NCBI GenBank assembly: GCA_026982585.1
Contig: JALSGW010000007.1
Coordinates: 1-34,822, forward strand
Reading direction: 5' to 3'
Length of the DNA: 34,822 nucleotides
Source: Alphaproteobacteria bacterium
GTDB taxonomy: Bacteria; Pseudomonadota; Alphaproteobacteria; Geminicoccales; Geminicoccaceae
Shown here: positions 1-9,342 of the stretch, piece by piece
Numbering within the stretch: position 1 is the stretch's first letter
How the letters are laid out: every line of letters begins with the position of its first letter
Program-made: the position numbers and the translations under genes
Notes under the pieces: model-generated
Told to the model about the DNA's origin: nothing
Database searches by the model: none
The model's input: only the letters and a program-made list of their open reading frames with translations

Positions 1-1
1 T

Positions 2-670
2 ATCACCTTCGGATGTCATCCCGAATCCCATTGGCGGGTCGTGCACGCCGAGCTGGATGCCGAGGGGAGTCGGGTTCGGGCCCGCACGCCGGCGGGGATG
101 CTGGAGTTCCAGCTCGCCCTTCTGGGTCGGCATTGGGTGCACAACAGCCTTGCCGTCTTGGCGGCGGTGGCCGCACTCGGTGGCGACGCCGCGGGCGCTG
201 CGGCCCGGTTTGCGGAACTGCGCCCGCTTCCGGGCCGTGGACAGCGAATCCGGCTCAAGGTGCCGGGCGGCTCGGTGCTGCTGCTGGACGACAGCTACAA
301 CGCCAATCCCGCCTCCATGCGGGCCGCCATCGAGGTGCTCGCCCGCCAGCCGGGACGGCGCCTCGCCGCGCTCGGGGAGATGGCGGAGCTGGGCCGGAGC
401 AGTGCGGAGCTGCACGCCGCCCTGGCGGAGCCTCTGCAGGCGGCGGGGGTTTTTCGGGTGTTCACCTGCGGCGACCACATGCGCCATCTCCACGACCGCC
501 TGCCGGAAGGTATGCGGGGCGACCATGCGGAGGATGCCGGGGCGCTGGTGGGGCGGCTGGTTTCGATGTTGCGCGCCGGCGACGTGCTGTTGGTCAAGGG
601 ATCGCTGGCCTCGGGCATGAACCGGGTGGTGGCGGCGCTCTGCGCCGCCTTTGCCGTGGCGGAGGATTGA
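2..670 (+). CDS. murF: UDP-N-acetylmuramoyl-tripeptide--D-alanyl-D-alanine ligase, C-terminal part (5' end lies outside the window)
   Basis: The reading frame is open from base 2 with no stop before the listed GTG at 41. It carries the Mur-ligase C-terminal motifs [20 protein letters not shown] and LLVKGS, and lies immediately upstream of mraY as in dcw clusters. Confidence 0.9.
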   Translation: MTFGCHPESHWRVVHAELDAEGSRVRARTPAGMLEFQLALLGRHWVHNSLAVLAAVAALGGDAAGAAARFAELRPLPGRGQRIRLKVPGGSVLLLDDSYNANPASMRAAIEVLARQPGRRLAALGEMAELGRSSAELHAALAEPLQAAGVFRVFTCGDHMRHLHDRLPEGMRGDHAEDAGALVGRLVSMLRAGDVLLVKGSLASGMNRVVAALCAAFAVAED

Positions 671-674
671 GCCG

Positions 675-1763
675 TTGTTGTACCATCTGCTGGTGCCGCT
701 TGCGGACCTGTTCGGTCCGTTCAACGTCTTTCGCTACCTCACCTTCCGCAGCGGAGGGGCGGTGATGACGGCGCTGTTCGTGAGCTTTCTCACCGCGCCG
801 GCGCTGATCGCCTGGCTGCGGCGCCAGCAGCCCTCAGGCCAGCCGCTCAGCGACGACGTGCCGCGCGACCACCGGCTGCGCAAACAGGGCACGCCCACCA
901 TGGGCGGGCTGTTGATCCTGATCGCGGTGACGATCGCCACCCTGCTGTGGGCGGATCTCACCAATCCCTTCGTGTGGATCGTGCTGCTCGTGACCCTCAG
1001 CTTCGGCGCCATCGGCATGGCGGACGACCTGCTCAAGCTCAGGCGCAACTGCAACCGCGGTCTGAGCGGGCGCCAGAAGCTCCTGCTCCAGAGCCTGATC
1101 GCCCTGTTCGCCGCCTGGGCGCTCGGCCGTCTGCTGCCGCCGCCGCTTTCCGATTCGCTGGCGGTCCCCTTCTTCAAGGACCTGTTCATTCCCCTCGGCT
1201 GGTTCTTCCCGGTGTTCGGGGCCTTCGTCATCGTCGGCGCGTCCAACGCGGTCAACCTCACCGACGGTCTCGACGGGCTCGCCATCGGTCCGGTGATGAT
1301 CGCCGCCGGCAGCTTCGCGCTCATCGTCTATCTCGCGGGTAATGCCATTTTCTCGGACTATCTCGGCATCCCCTACGTGCCCGGGGCCGGCGAGCTGGCC
1401 GTGTTCGCCGGGGCCATCGTCGGCGCGGGTCTCGGTTTCCTCTGGTACAACGCCCCGCCCGCGGCGGTGTTCATGGGCGATACCGGATCGCTCGCCACCG
1501 GGGGCGCCCTCGGGGCGGTGGCGGTGGCCGCCAAGCATGAACTCGTGCTGGTGATGGTGGGCGGGCTGTTCGTGCTGGAGGCGGTGTCGGTGATCGTCCA
1601 GGTGGCCTCCTTCAAGCTCACCGGCCGGCGGGTGTTCCAGATGGCGCCGCTCCACCACCATTTCGAGAAAAAGGGCTGGAAGGAGGAGACCATCGTCATC
1701 CGCTTCTGGATCATCGCCTTCGTGCTGGCCATGATCGGGCTTTCCACCCTCAAGTTGCGGTGA
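675..1763 (+). CDS. mraY: Phospho-N-acetylmuramoyl-pentapeptide transferase
   Basis: Contains the motifs [35 protein letters not shown] and [12 protein letters not shown], in a polytopic membrane protein. I prefer the TTG at 675 (MLYHLL..., GGAGG at 661-665) over the ORF-track TTG at 651; the exact start is uncertain. Confidence 0.93.
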   Translation: MLYHLLVPLADLFGPFNVFRYLTFRSGGAVMTALFVSFLTAPALIAWLRRQQPSGQPLSDDVPRDHRLRKQGTPTMGGLLILIAVTIATLLWADLTNPFVWIVLLVTLSFGAIGMADDLLKLRRNCNRGLSGRQKLLLQSLIALFAAWALGRLLPPPLSDSLAVPFFKDLFIPLGWFFPVFGAFVIVGASNAVNLTDGLDGLAIGPVMIAAGSFALIVYLAGNAIFSDYLGIPYVPGAGELAVFAGAIVGAGLGFLWYNAPPAAVFMGDTGSLATGGALGAVAVAAKHELVLVMVGGLFVLEAVSVIVQVASFKLTGRRVFQMAPLHHHFEKKGWKEETIVIRFWIIAFVLAMIGLSTLKLR

Positions 1764-1767
1764 GGCC

Positions 1768-3138
1768 ATGACTGCGCTCGCAGCCTATCGGGGTCGGGAC
1801 GTCGGGGTGTTGGGCCTCGGGCGAAGCGGCATGGCCGTGGTGCGGGCGCTGTGTGCGGCGGGTGCGCGGGTCTATGTGTTCGACGACCAGGAGGAACGAG
1901 TGGCGGCGGCGGTGCGGGAAGGCGCGATCCCGGGCGTTGCGGATCACATCGCGCGCCTGTCGCTGCTGGTGCCGAGCCCCGGGGTGCCGCTCGAGCACCG
2001 GCTGGTCGTGGAAGCGCGCCTCTCGGGCGTGCGGGTCGTGGGCGATGTGCAGCTGTACGTCGAGAGCTTCCCGGAGGCTCGCTTCGTCGGTGTCACCGGC
2101 ACCAACGGCAAGTCCACGACGGCGAGCCTCCTGTACCATCTGCTGCGGGAATCGGGCCGGGATGCGGCGCTGCTCGGCAACATCGGCACCCCGGTGTTCG
2201 ATGGGGAGCCGCCCGCCTTGGGCGTAACGGTGCTGGAGCTCTCCTCCTTCCAGCTCGAGCGAAGCGAAGCCCTATCGCTCGAACTCGCCGTGTGGGTCGG
2301 ATTCGCCCCCGATCATCTCGATCGCCACGGCGACCTCGCCGCCTATCTCGCCGCCAAGCGGCGGATCTTCGACGGGCTCCGGCCGGGCGGGGCGGCGGTG
2401 GTGGCGCTCTCCGATCCCGTCTCCCGGGATCTCGCCGAGGAGCTCCGGACTCGCGAACATATTCGCGTGGTGGCGGTGGCGGACCGGCGTGCGGCCGGGC
2501 AGGCGGTGTGGCTCGAGGGTGGATGGCTCGTGGACGGGCTCGGGGGGGATCCGGTCCGGGTGTTGGATCTCGGCCGTCATCCGCGGCTTTTGGGGCCGCC
2601 GCAATGGCGCAATGCCGCCTGCGCCTATGCGGCCGCGCGGCTTTTGGGTCTCACCCGCGCACAGCTCGCAGGCGCCCTTGCCGGCTTTTCCGGGCTGCCC
2701 CATCGGGTGGAGCCGGTGGCGCGCATCGGTCGGGTGCTGTTCGTCAACGACAGCAAGGCCACCAATCCCGAGGCGGCGGCGGCGAGTCTGGGGGCGTTCT
2801 CCCACGTCTTCTGGATCGCCGGCGGCCGGCCCAAGCCGGGCGGCTTCGCCCCCATCCGCCCGCTCCTGGGCCGCGTGCTGCGCGCCTATGCGATCGGCGA
2901 GGCGGAGGATCTGCTGGCGCGCGCGCTCGGGGATCGGGTCGATCTGGTCCGGGCCTCCACCCTCGAGCGGGCGGTGCGCTGGGCCTTTTCGGATGCACGG
3001 GCGGCGCCGGTCGACCGTCCGGTGGTGCTGCTCGCGCCCGCCTGCGCGTCCTTCGACCACTACCGCGACTTCGCCGAGCGCGGCGAGCACTTCCGCCGGC
3101 TCGTGCGGGAACTGGAGATCCAGGAGGAGGCATCATGA
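1768..3138 (+). CDS. murD: UDP-N-acetylmuramoylalanine--D-glutamate ligase
   Basis: Has the P-loop GVTGTNGKSTT plus the DHLDRHG and NDSKATNPEAA motifs. Its position between mraY and ftsW supports the call. Confidence 0.95.
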   Translation: MTALAAYRGRDVGVLGLGRSGMAVVRALCAAGARVYVFDDQEERVAAAVREGAIPGVADHIARLSLLVPSPGVPLEHRLVVEARLSGVRVVGDVQLYVESFPEARFVGVTGTNGKSTTASLLYHLLRESGRDAALLGNIGTPVFDGEPPALGVTVLELSSFQLERSEALSLELAVWVGFAPDHLDRHGDLAAYLAAKRRIFDGLRPGGAAVVALSDPVSRDLAEELRTREHIRVVAVADRRAAGQAVWLEGGWLVDGLGGDPVRVLDLGRHPRLLGPPQWRNAACAYAAARLLGLTRAQLAGALAGFSGLPHRVEPVARIGRVLFVNDSKATNPEAAAASLGAFSHVFWIAGGRPKPGGFAPIRPLLGRVLRAYAIGEAEDLLARALGDRVDLVRASTLERAVRWAFSDARAAPVDRPVVLLAPACASFDHYRDFAERGEHFRRLVRELEIQEEAS

Positions 3139-4244
3139 GCGCCATCGCGCGCACCGACCGCAGCCTGGTCGGCACCTGGTGGTGGACCGTGGACCATGCG
3201 CTGCTCGGGGCGATCGCGCTGCTTGCCGCCATCGGCGTGATCATGGTGCTCGCATCGAGCCCGCCGATCGCGCGCAAACTCGAGCTTCCCGAGACCTATT
3301 TCGTGGTCAAGCACGTGGTGTTCCTGGGGCCGGCGGCGCTGGTGTTGATCGTGGCCTCGCTGCTCGCGCCGCTCGGCGTGTTGCGGGCGGCCAAGGCGGT
3401 GTTGGCGATCGGTCTGCCGCTTCTGGCACTCACCCTGCTGTTCGGGCCGGAGGTCAAGGGTGCTCGGCGATGGCTGCCGGTGGCCGGGGTGCTGCTGCAG
3501 CCGAGCGAGTTCGTCAAACCCGCGTTGGTGGTGGTGGTGGGCTGGCTGCTCGCGGTGCGGGGACCGCTGGCCGGTTTCGCGCCGGCGGCCGGGCTGGTGG
3601 CGGCCGTGGTTGGCCTGCTCTTTCTGCAGCCGGACATGGGCATGGGGGTGCTGGTGGTGGCGGTGTTCGGCGCCCAGCTGCTGCTCGCCGGCACTCCTTG
3701 GCCGCTGCTGGCACTCCTGGGCTTCGGCGGCATCGGGCTCCTTGCGGTGGGCTATCTGCTGCTCCCCCACGTGCAGGCCCGGATCGACGCCTTTCTCGAT
3801 CCGGCGGCCGAGCCCTATCAGGTGCAGGCGGCGCTCGAGGCCATCGCCTCGGGCGGCTGGTTCGGCCGCGGGCCCGGCGAAGGGGTGGTGAAGTTCTACC
3901 TGCCCGAGGCCCATTCCGACTTCGTGTTCGCCACCATGGCCGAGGAGTTCGGCATTCTCGCGTGCCTGGTGGTGGTGGCGCTGTTCGCCTTCATCGTGCT
4001 GCGCGGCTTCGCCCGGCTTGCCGAAAGCCCGGACCGGTTCGTGCTGGTGGCGGGCGGCGGCTTGTTGACCCAACTCGGCCTGCAGGCCTTCATCAACATG
4101 GGGGTCAATCTCGAACTGTTGCCCACCAAGGGGATGACGCTTCCCTTCGTGAGCTACGGCGGCTCCTCGCTTTTGGCCCTGGCGCTCGCAACCGGCTTGA
4201 TGCTGGCGCTGATGCGGCGGGGGGCGCGGCTGGAGGAGCCATGA
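3135..4244 (+). CDS. ftsW: SEDS-family peptidoglycan glycosyltransferase / lipid II flippase FtsW
   Basis: The internal ATG at 3135 overlaps the murD stop (ATGA). The protein is multi-TM with the SEDS motifs LQPSEFVKP, PEAHSDFVFA and LPFVSYGGSS. The rest of the 797-aa track ORF upstream is an out-of-frame read-through of murD. Confidence 0.93.
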   Translation: MSAIARTDRSLVGTWWWTVDHALLGAIALLAAIGVIMVLASSPPIARKLELPETYFVVKHVVFLGPAALVLIVASLLAPLGVLRAAKAVLAIGLPLLALTLLFGPEVKGARRWLPVAGVLLQPSEFVKPALVVVVGWLLAVRGPLAGFAPAAGLVAAVVGLLFLQPDMGMGVLVVAVFGAQLLLAGTPWPLLALLGFGGIGLLAVGYLLLPHVQARIDAFLDPAAEPYQVQAALEAIASGGWFGRGPGEGVVKFYLPEAHSDFVFATMAEEFGILACLVVVALFAFIVLRGFARLAESPDRFVLVAGGGLLTQLGLQAFINMGVNLELLPTKGMTLPFVSYGGSSLLALALATGLMLALMRRGARLEEP

Positions 4245-5320
4245 AAAGGCCGCTTGTGATCGCCGCCGGCGGCACCGGCGGGCACGTGTTCCCGGCCCTG
4301 GCCGTAGCCGAGCGGCTTTACGGTCTGGACGCCCCGGTGCTGTTCCTGACCGACGCGCGGGGCGCCCGCTATCTCGAGGGCCGGCTGTCCTTCACCCAGG
4401 TCCGGGCCCGGCCGCTTGCAGGTGGTCCGGCAAGGCGGGCGCTGGCGCTCGGCACACTTTTGCGCGGAAGTATCGAGGCGCTGTGGGCCCTCGGGCGGGC
4501 GCGGCCGCGGGCGGCCGGCCTGTTCGGCGGCTATGCCTGCCTGCCGGCGCTCGCCGCGCTCGTGCTGCTGCGCATCCCTTTCCTCCTGCACGAACAGAAT
4601 GCGGTGTTCGGTCGCGCGAACCGGCTGGCGGCGCGGTTCGCCCGCATGCTGCTGTTGAGCTTCCGCGACACCGAGGGCGTGCCCAGCGGCCTTTCCGCCG
4701 AGCTCCGCATCACCGGCAACCCGGTGCGCAGGGAGGTGATGGAGCGCGCGCCGATGCCGCAACGGGATTCGGGTTTCGGGCTTCTGGTGATCGGCGGCAG
4801 CCAGGGTGCGCGGGCGCTTGCGGAGCGGGTTCCGGAGGCGCTGGGTCGGATCCCGCCCGAACGGCGGCGGCGGATGAGGCTCGCGCTCCAGTGCCGGGCC
4901 GAACTCCGTGGCAGCGTCGAGCGGAGGCTGCGGGAGCTGGGGGTGGCGGCGGAGGTGGCGGCGTTCTTCCCGGACCTGCCCGCGCGCTTGAGACAGGCCG
5001 ATCTGGTGGTGGCCCGGGCCGGCGCCTCGACGGTGGCGGAGCTGCTCCACACCGCCACGCCCGCCATCCTCATCCCCTATCCCCACGCCTTGGACGGACA
5101 CCAGCGGGCGAACGCCCTGCGGCTTGAGCGGGCGGGGGCGGCGGTGGTTTTGGATGAGGCGGAGGCGGACGCCGGCAGGCTCGCGGCGGAGTTGGAGGCG
5201 CTCATGGATTCCCCCGAGCGCCTCGCGGAGATGCGAAAGGCGGCGGGGGCGTTGAGTCCGGTGGACGCCGCGGGTGCCGTCGCCCAGGCGCTTCTGGAGC
5301 TCGCCGGAGAGGAACGGTGA
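4241..5320 (+). CDS. murG: UDP-N-acetylglucosamine--N-acetylmuramyl-(pentapeptide) pyrophosphoryl-undecaprenol GlcNAc transferase
   Basis: The ATG at 4241 overlaps the ftsW stop (ATGA). Motifs present are AAGGTGGHVFPALA, IGGSQGA and ARAGASTVAEL. Confidence 0.95.
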   Translation: MKRPLVIAAGGTGGHVFPALAVAERLYGLDAPVLFLTDARGARYLEGRLSFTQVRARPLAGGPARRALALGTLLRGSIEALWALGRARPRAAGLFGGYACLPALAALVLLRIPFLLHEQNAVFGRANRLAARFARMLLLSFRDTEGVPSGLSAELRITGNPVRREVMERAPMPQRDSGFGLLVIGGSQGARALAERVPEALGRIPPERRRRMRLALQCRAELRGSVERRLRELGVAAEVAAFFPDLPARLRQADLVVARAGASTVAELLHTATPAILIPYPHALDGHQRANALRLERAGAAVVLDEAEADAGRLAAELEALMDSPERLAEMRKAAGALSPVDAAGAVAQALLELAGEER

Positions 5321-6732
5321 CGCGACTTCCCTTCGATCCCGGCCCCATCCACCTGGTCGGCATCGGCGGCATCGGCATGAGCGGCATCGCCGAGCTGTTG
5401 CACGACCTGGGGTATCGGGTGCGGGGCTCGGACCTCGCCCCCAACGCCAACACCGCCCGGCTCGAGCGGCTCGGCATCCGGATCCACATCGGCCACCGGG
5501 CCGAACATGTGGAGGGGGCCGGGGTGGTGGTGGTCTCGTCCGCGGTGCCCGCGGACAACCCCGAGGTGGCGGCGGCCCGCCGCCAGCGCATTCCGGTGAT
5601 CCGTCGGGCGGAGATGCTGGGCGAGCTGATGCGGTTCAAGTGGCCCATCGCGGTCGCCGGCAGCCACGGCAAGACCACCACCACCGCCATCATCGGCGCC
5701 CTGCTCGAAGAGGCCGGCCTCGATCCGACGGTGGTCAACGGCGGCATCGTCAACGCCTGGGGCAGCAACCTGCGCCGGGGCGGCGGTCCCTGGATGGTGG
5801 TGGAGGCCGACGAGAGCGACGGAAGTTTCCTGCATCTGCCGGCCATGGTGGGGGTGGTGACCAACATCGATCCCGAACATCTGGATCACCACGGCTCCCT
5901 GGAACGCCTCGAGGAGGCCTTCCTGGCCTTTCTGGAGGGGTTGCCCTTCTACGGCTTCGCCGTGCTCGGCATCGACCATCCGCGCGTGCAAAGGCTCTGC
6001 GGCCGGCTCACGAGCCGCCGCTTCGTCACCTACGGCTTCAATCCCCAGGCGGACGTGCGGGCGTTGGGCCGGCGGCTCGAGGACGGGGTCGAGCGCTTCG
6101 ATGTGGAGGTCAGGAACCCGACCGGCATGCGCCGCATCGCGGGCTTGAGCCTGGCGCTTCCCGGGCGCCACAACGTGCAGAACGCCCTCGCCGCCATCGC
6201 CATCGCCGATCGGCTCGGCATCCCCGACCGCGTGGTGCGGTCCACGCTCGCGGCTCTCGAGGGGGTGCGGCGGCGGTTCACCATCACCGGCACGGTGGAC
6301 GAGATCACCGTGGTGGACGACTACGGTCACCATCCGGAGGAGATCCGCCGGGTGCTGGAGACCGCCCGGCAGCTGGTGCGGCGCCGGCTGGTGGCGGTGG
6401 TCCAGCCGCACCGTTTCAGCCGCCTGCACCACCTGTTCGACGAGTTCTGCACCTGTTTCGCCGACGCCGACACGGTGTGGATCGCGCCGGTGTATGCGGC
6501 CGGGGAGAGTCCGATCGCGGGCGTCGACCACCTGGCGCTCGTGGAAGGGGTGCGGGCCTGCGGCCACCGCGACGTGCGCCCGCTCGATGGGCTCGAACGG
6601 CTGGCCGAAGCGCTGGTCGACCAGCTCGCCCCGGGGGACATGGTGGTGTGCCTGGGCGCGGGCGACATCACCCGCGCCGCACAGGCGCTGCCGTCGCGTC
6701 TGCAGGCGCTCAGGCGGGGAGAGGGGACATGA
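5317..6732 (+). CDS. murC: UDP-N-acetylmuramate--L-alanine ligase
   Basis: The GTG at 5317 overlaps the murG stop (GTGA). Motifs present are HLVGIGGIGMSGIAELL, AGSHGKTTTT, EADESDGSF and DDYGHHPEEI. Confidence 0.95.
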   Translation: MTRLPFDPGPIHLVGIGGIGMSGIAELLHDLGYRVRGSDLAPNANTARLERLGIRIHIGHRAEHVEGAGVVVVSSAVPADNPEVAAARRQRIPVIRRAEMLGELMRFKWPIAVAGSHGKTTTTAIIGALLEEAGLDPTVVNGGIVNAWGSNLRRGGGPWMVVEADESDGSFLHLPAMVGVVTNIDPEHLDHHGSLERLEEAFLAFLEGLPFYGFAVLGIDHPRVQRLCGRLTSRRFVTYGFNPQADVRALGRRLEDGVERFDVEVRNPTGMRRIAGLSLALPGRHNVQNALAAIAIADRLGIPDRVVRSTLAALEGVRRRFTITGTVDEITVVDDYGHHPEEIRRVLETARQLVRRRLVAVVQPHRFSRLHHLFDEFCTCFADADTVWIAPVYAAGESPIAGVDHLALVEGVRACGHRDVRPLDGLERLAEALVDQLAPGDMVVCLGAGDITRAAQALPSRLQALRRGEGT

Positions 6733-7643
6733 CCGTCGCCGACCCGCCGCTTCCCCGCTTGCGGGGCCGCCTGCGTCCCCGCGTACCGCTCGCCCCGCTC
6801 ACCTGGCTGAGGGTGGGCGGTGCGGCGGAATGGCTGTTCCAGCCGGCCGACGCCGACGACCTGGCCCATCTGCTGCGCACCCGCCCGCCGGAGCTGCCGG
6901 TGGTGGCGATCGGGGTCGGATCCAACCTGCTGGTGCGGGACGGCGGGGTGCCCGGGGTGGTGGTGCGGTTGTCCCGTCCCTTCGCCGGAATCACCTTCGA
7001 GGACGGTCTGCTGGTGGCCGGGGCGGCCTGTCTCGACCAGCGGGTGGCGCGCGCGGCGCTGGCGATGGGCCTTTCCGGGCTCGAGTTCATGATCGGCATT
7101 CCCGGCACGGTGGGGGGTGCGGTGCGCATGAACGCGGGGGCGTTCGGCGGCGAGACCGGAGAACGGTTGGAGTGGGCGGAGGTCCTCGATCCCCGCGGAG
7201 AGCGTCACCGGCTTGCAGCTCGGGAACTCGGCCTGGGCTACCGGCGCAGCGACCTCGGCGGCGAATGGATCGTGCTCCGGGCCGCCTTCCGTCTCACTCC
7301 CGGCGATCCGGCGCGCATCCGCGCGCGCATGGAGGAGATCCGCCGAGAGCGTGAACAATCGCAGCCGCTCCGCGTCGCCACCGGCGGCAGCACCTTCAAG
7401 AATCCACCCGGGGACAAGGCCTGGCGGCTGATCGCCGCGGCCGGGTGCCGGGGGCTCCGGCGCGGGCGGGCGATGATGTCGGAGAAACATTGCAATTTCC
7501 TGGTCAACCTCGGCGGCGCCCGCGCCTCGGAGCTCGAGGAGCTGGGCGAGGAGGTGCGCAGCCGGGTGCGGGAGCGGACCGGGGTGGAGCTGGAATGGGA
7601 GATCCACCGGATCGGCCGGCCGCCCGGCGGGGAGACGTCATGA
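6729..7643 (+). CDS. murB: UDP-N-acetylenolpyruvoylglucosamine reductase
   Basis: The ATG at 6729 overlaps the murC stop (ATGA). It has an FAD-binding domain with GVGSNLLVRDGG, and GGSTFKNPPG near the C-terminal domain. Confidence 0.93.
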   Translation: MTVADPPLPRLRGRLRPRVPLAPLTWLRVGGAAEWLFQPADADDLAHLLRTRPPELPVVAIGVGSNLLVRDGGVPGVVVRLSRPFAGITFEDGLLVAGAACLDQRVARAALAMGLSGLEFMIGIPGTVGGAVRMNAGAFGGETGERLEWAEVLDPRGERHRLAARELGLGYRRSDLGGEWIVLRAAFRLTPGDPARIRARMEEIRREREQSQPLRVATGGSTFKNPPGDKAWRLIAAAGCRGLRRGRAMMSEKHCNFLVNLGGARASELEELGEEVRSRVRERTGVELEWEIHRIGRPPGGETS

Positions 7644-8548
7644 CCCACGTGGCGGTGCTGATGGGCGGATGGTCGGCGGAGCGGGAGGTGTCGCTGGTCT
7701 CGGGCCGGGCCTGCGCCGAGGCGCTGGAGCGCCGCGGCTTTCGGGTGAGCCGGGTGGAGGTGGACGAGCGGCTGCCGGCGGTGCTGACCCGGCTGCGGCC
7801 GGATGTGGTGTTCAACGCCCTGCATGGGCGGCTCGGCGAGGACGGCCGGGTGCAGGGGCTGCTCGACCTGCTCGGCATCCCCTACACCCACTCGGGGGTG
7901 CGGGCCTCGGCCATCGCCATGCACAAGCCCACCGCCTTGAGATTGTTCCAAAGCGCCGGACTGCCGGTTCCCGAGGGCCGGGTGATGCCGGCCGCCGAGG
8001 TCGCAGAGGCGCCGCCCTTCCCGCCCCCGTTCGTGGTCAAGCCGGTGGACGAGGGATCGAGCATCGACGTGGAACTCGTACTCCGCGCCGAGGACCTCGC
8101 ACGGGTGGGCCACAAGCTCGCGGAGCGCAGCCGGCCCGTCTTGGTAGAGCGATACATCCCGGGGCTCGAGCTCACCTGCGCGGTGCTGGACGGCAGACCG
8201 CTTGCGGTAACCGAGGTGGCGCCGCGGGAGGGGTTCTACGACTACCGGGCCAAGTACACCCCGGGGATTGCCGAACACCGGCTCCCGGCACCGATTCCGC
8301 CGCGGGTGTACGAGCGGGTGATGGAGATCGCGCGTTGCGCCCACCTGCTGCTCGGCTGCCGGGGGCTCACCCGCGCCGATCTGCGCTTCGACCCCGAGCG
8401 CGGCGAGGCCGGACTGGCGCTGCTCGAGATCAACACCCAACCGGGCATGACCCCCCTCTCCCTGGCCCCGGAACAGGCGGCCTACTGCGGCCTCTCCTTC
8501 GAGGATCTGGTGGTGCGACTGGTGGAGCTTGCGGCATGCGATCCATAG
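7640..8548 (+). CDS. ddl: D-alanine--D-alanine ligase
   Basis: The ATG at 7640 overlaps the murB stop (ATGA). ATP-grasp motifs present are VAVLMGGWSAEREVSL, FVVKPVDEGSSID and LLEINTQPGMT. Confidence 0.95.
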   Translation: MTHVAVLMGGWSAEREVSLVSGRACAEALERRGFRVSRVEVDERLPAVLTRLRPDVVFNALHGRLGEDGRVQGLLDLLGIPYTHSGVRASAIAMHKPTALRLFQSAGLPVPEGRVMPAAEVAEAPPFPPPFVVKPVDEGSSIDVELVLRAEDLARVGHKLAERSRPVLVERYIPGLELTCAVLDGRPLAVTEVAPREGFYDYRAKYTPGIAEHRLPAPIPPRVYERVMEIARCAHLLLGCRGLTRADLRFDPERGEAGLALLEINTQPGMTPLSLAPEQAAYCGLSFEDLVVRLVELAACDP

Positions 8549-9342
8549 GCCGACTGGGACAACGCCTGGGTCCGCCGCGGCCGCGGCCCCGGCCAAGGCG
8601 CTGGGGACGGGCGCTGGCCTTCGGCGTCACCGCCTTGGCGGCGACCGGGCTCCTCGCTGCGGGCGGGCCGCCGAGCCGACCGTGGACCCTGGACGCACCG
8701 GCGCTGCCGTGGCCCGAGGGGCTGCGGGTGGACCGGGTGGAAGTGGTGGGCACGGTGCGCACCAGCGCCGCCGAACTCGAACCGCTGGTCGCCGGACTCC
8801 GCGGCCAGAATATACTTGCAGTTGATCCCTATGCGGTCCAAAATCGGTTCGAGGAGCTCGCTTGGGTGGAACGGGCGAAGGTCAGGCGGCTGCTGCCGAA
8901 TACACTGGTGGTTGAATTACGAGAGTATCGTCCGGGGGCGGTGTGGCGCTCCTCCGAGGGGCTGCGGTTGGTGGCCTCCTCCGGGCAGACGATCCCGGCT
9001 GCGGATCTGGGGTCTTTCCGGCGTCTGCCGGTGCTCTACGGCGAAGGCGCGCCGCGGGCGTTTGCCGAGCTTTCGGCCTTGTTCGCCGAGGCGCCGGAGC
9101 TGGCATCCCGGCTGAGTGCTGCGGTGCGGATCGGGGATCGGCGCTGGGATCTTTATTTCGACGGGCGGTTGCGCGTGCGGCTGCCCGAGCGCGGGCTCGA
9201 ACCGGCCTGGCGGCGGTTCGTGGCCGCGGTGCGAGATCGACAGCTGCTCGCACGGGCGGTGCGGGAGGTGGACCTCAGGCATCCCGGCTGGCTGGTGGTA
9301 CGACCGGAGACGGCGGCTGCGGCAGCGGGGGAGCGGACATGA
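8536..9342 (+). CDS. ftsQ: Cell division protein FtsQ
   Basis: The ATG at 8536 overlaps the ddl 3' end by 13 nt. The protein has an Arg/Pro-rich cytoplasmic tail, one TM segment (ALAFGVTALAATGLLAAG) and then a POTRA-like region (VDRVEVVGTVRTSAAEL...ILAVDP...VRRLLPNTLVVELRE). Its position between ddl and ftsA supports the call. Confidence 0.88.
   Translation: MRSIGRLGQRLGPPRPRPRPRRWGRALAFGVTALAATGLLAAGGPPSRPWTLDAPALPWPEGLRVDRVEVVGTVRTSAAELEPLVAGLRGQNILAVDPYAVQNRFEELAWVERAKVRRLLPNTLVVELREYRPGAVWRSSEGLRLVASSGQTIPAADLGSFRRLPVLYGEGAPRAFAELSALFAEAPELASRLSAAVRIGDRRWDLYFDGRLRVRLPERGLEPAWRRFVAAVRDRQLLARAVREVDLRHPGWLVVRPETAAAAAGERT

Noticed and set aside
1851-4244. Apparent giant fusion ORFs in the track: 1851-4244, 2489-5320, 5274-7643, 7669-9342, 8943-10637, 19688-21769, 21256-22701 and 24642-27143.
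   Set aside because: Only the C-terminal part of each shows protein-family motifs. The N-terminal parts are out-of-frame read-through of the upstream gene. True starts were set at internal ATG/GTG codons that overlap or abut the previous stop and usually follow a GGAGG-like site.
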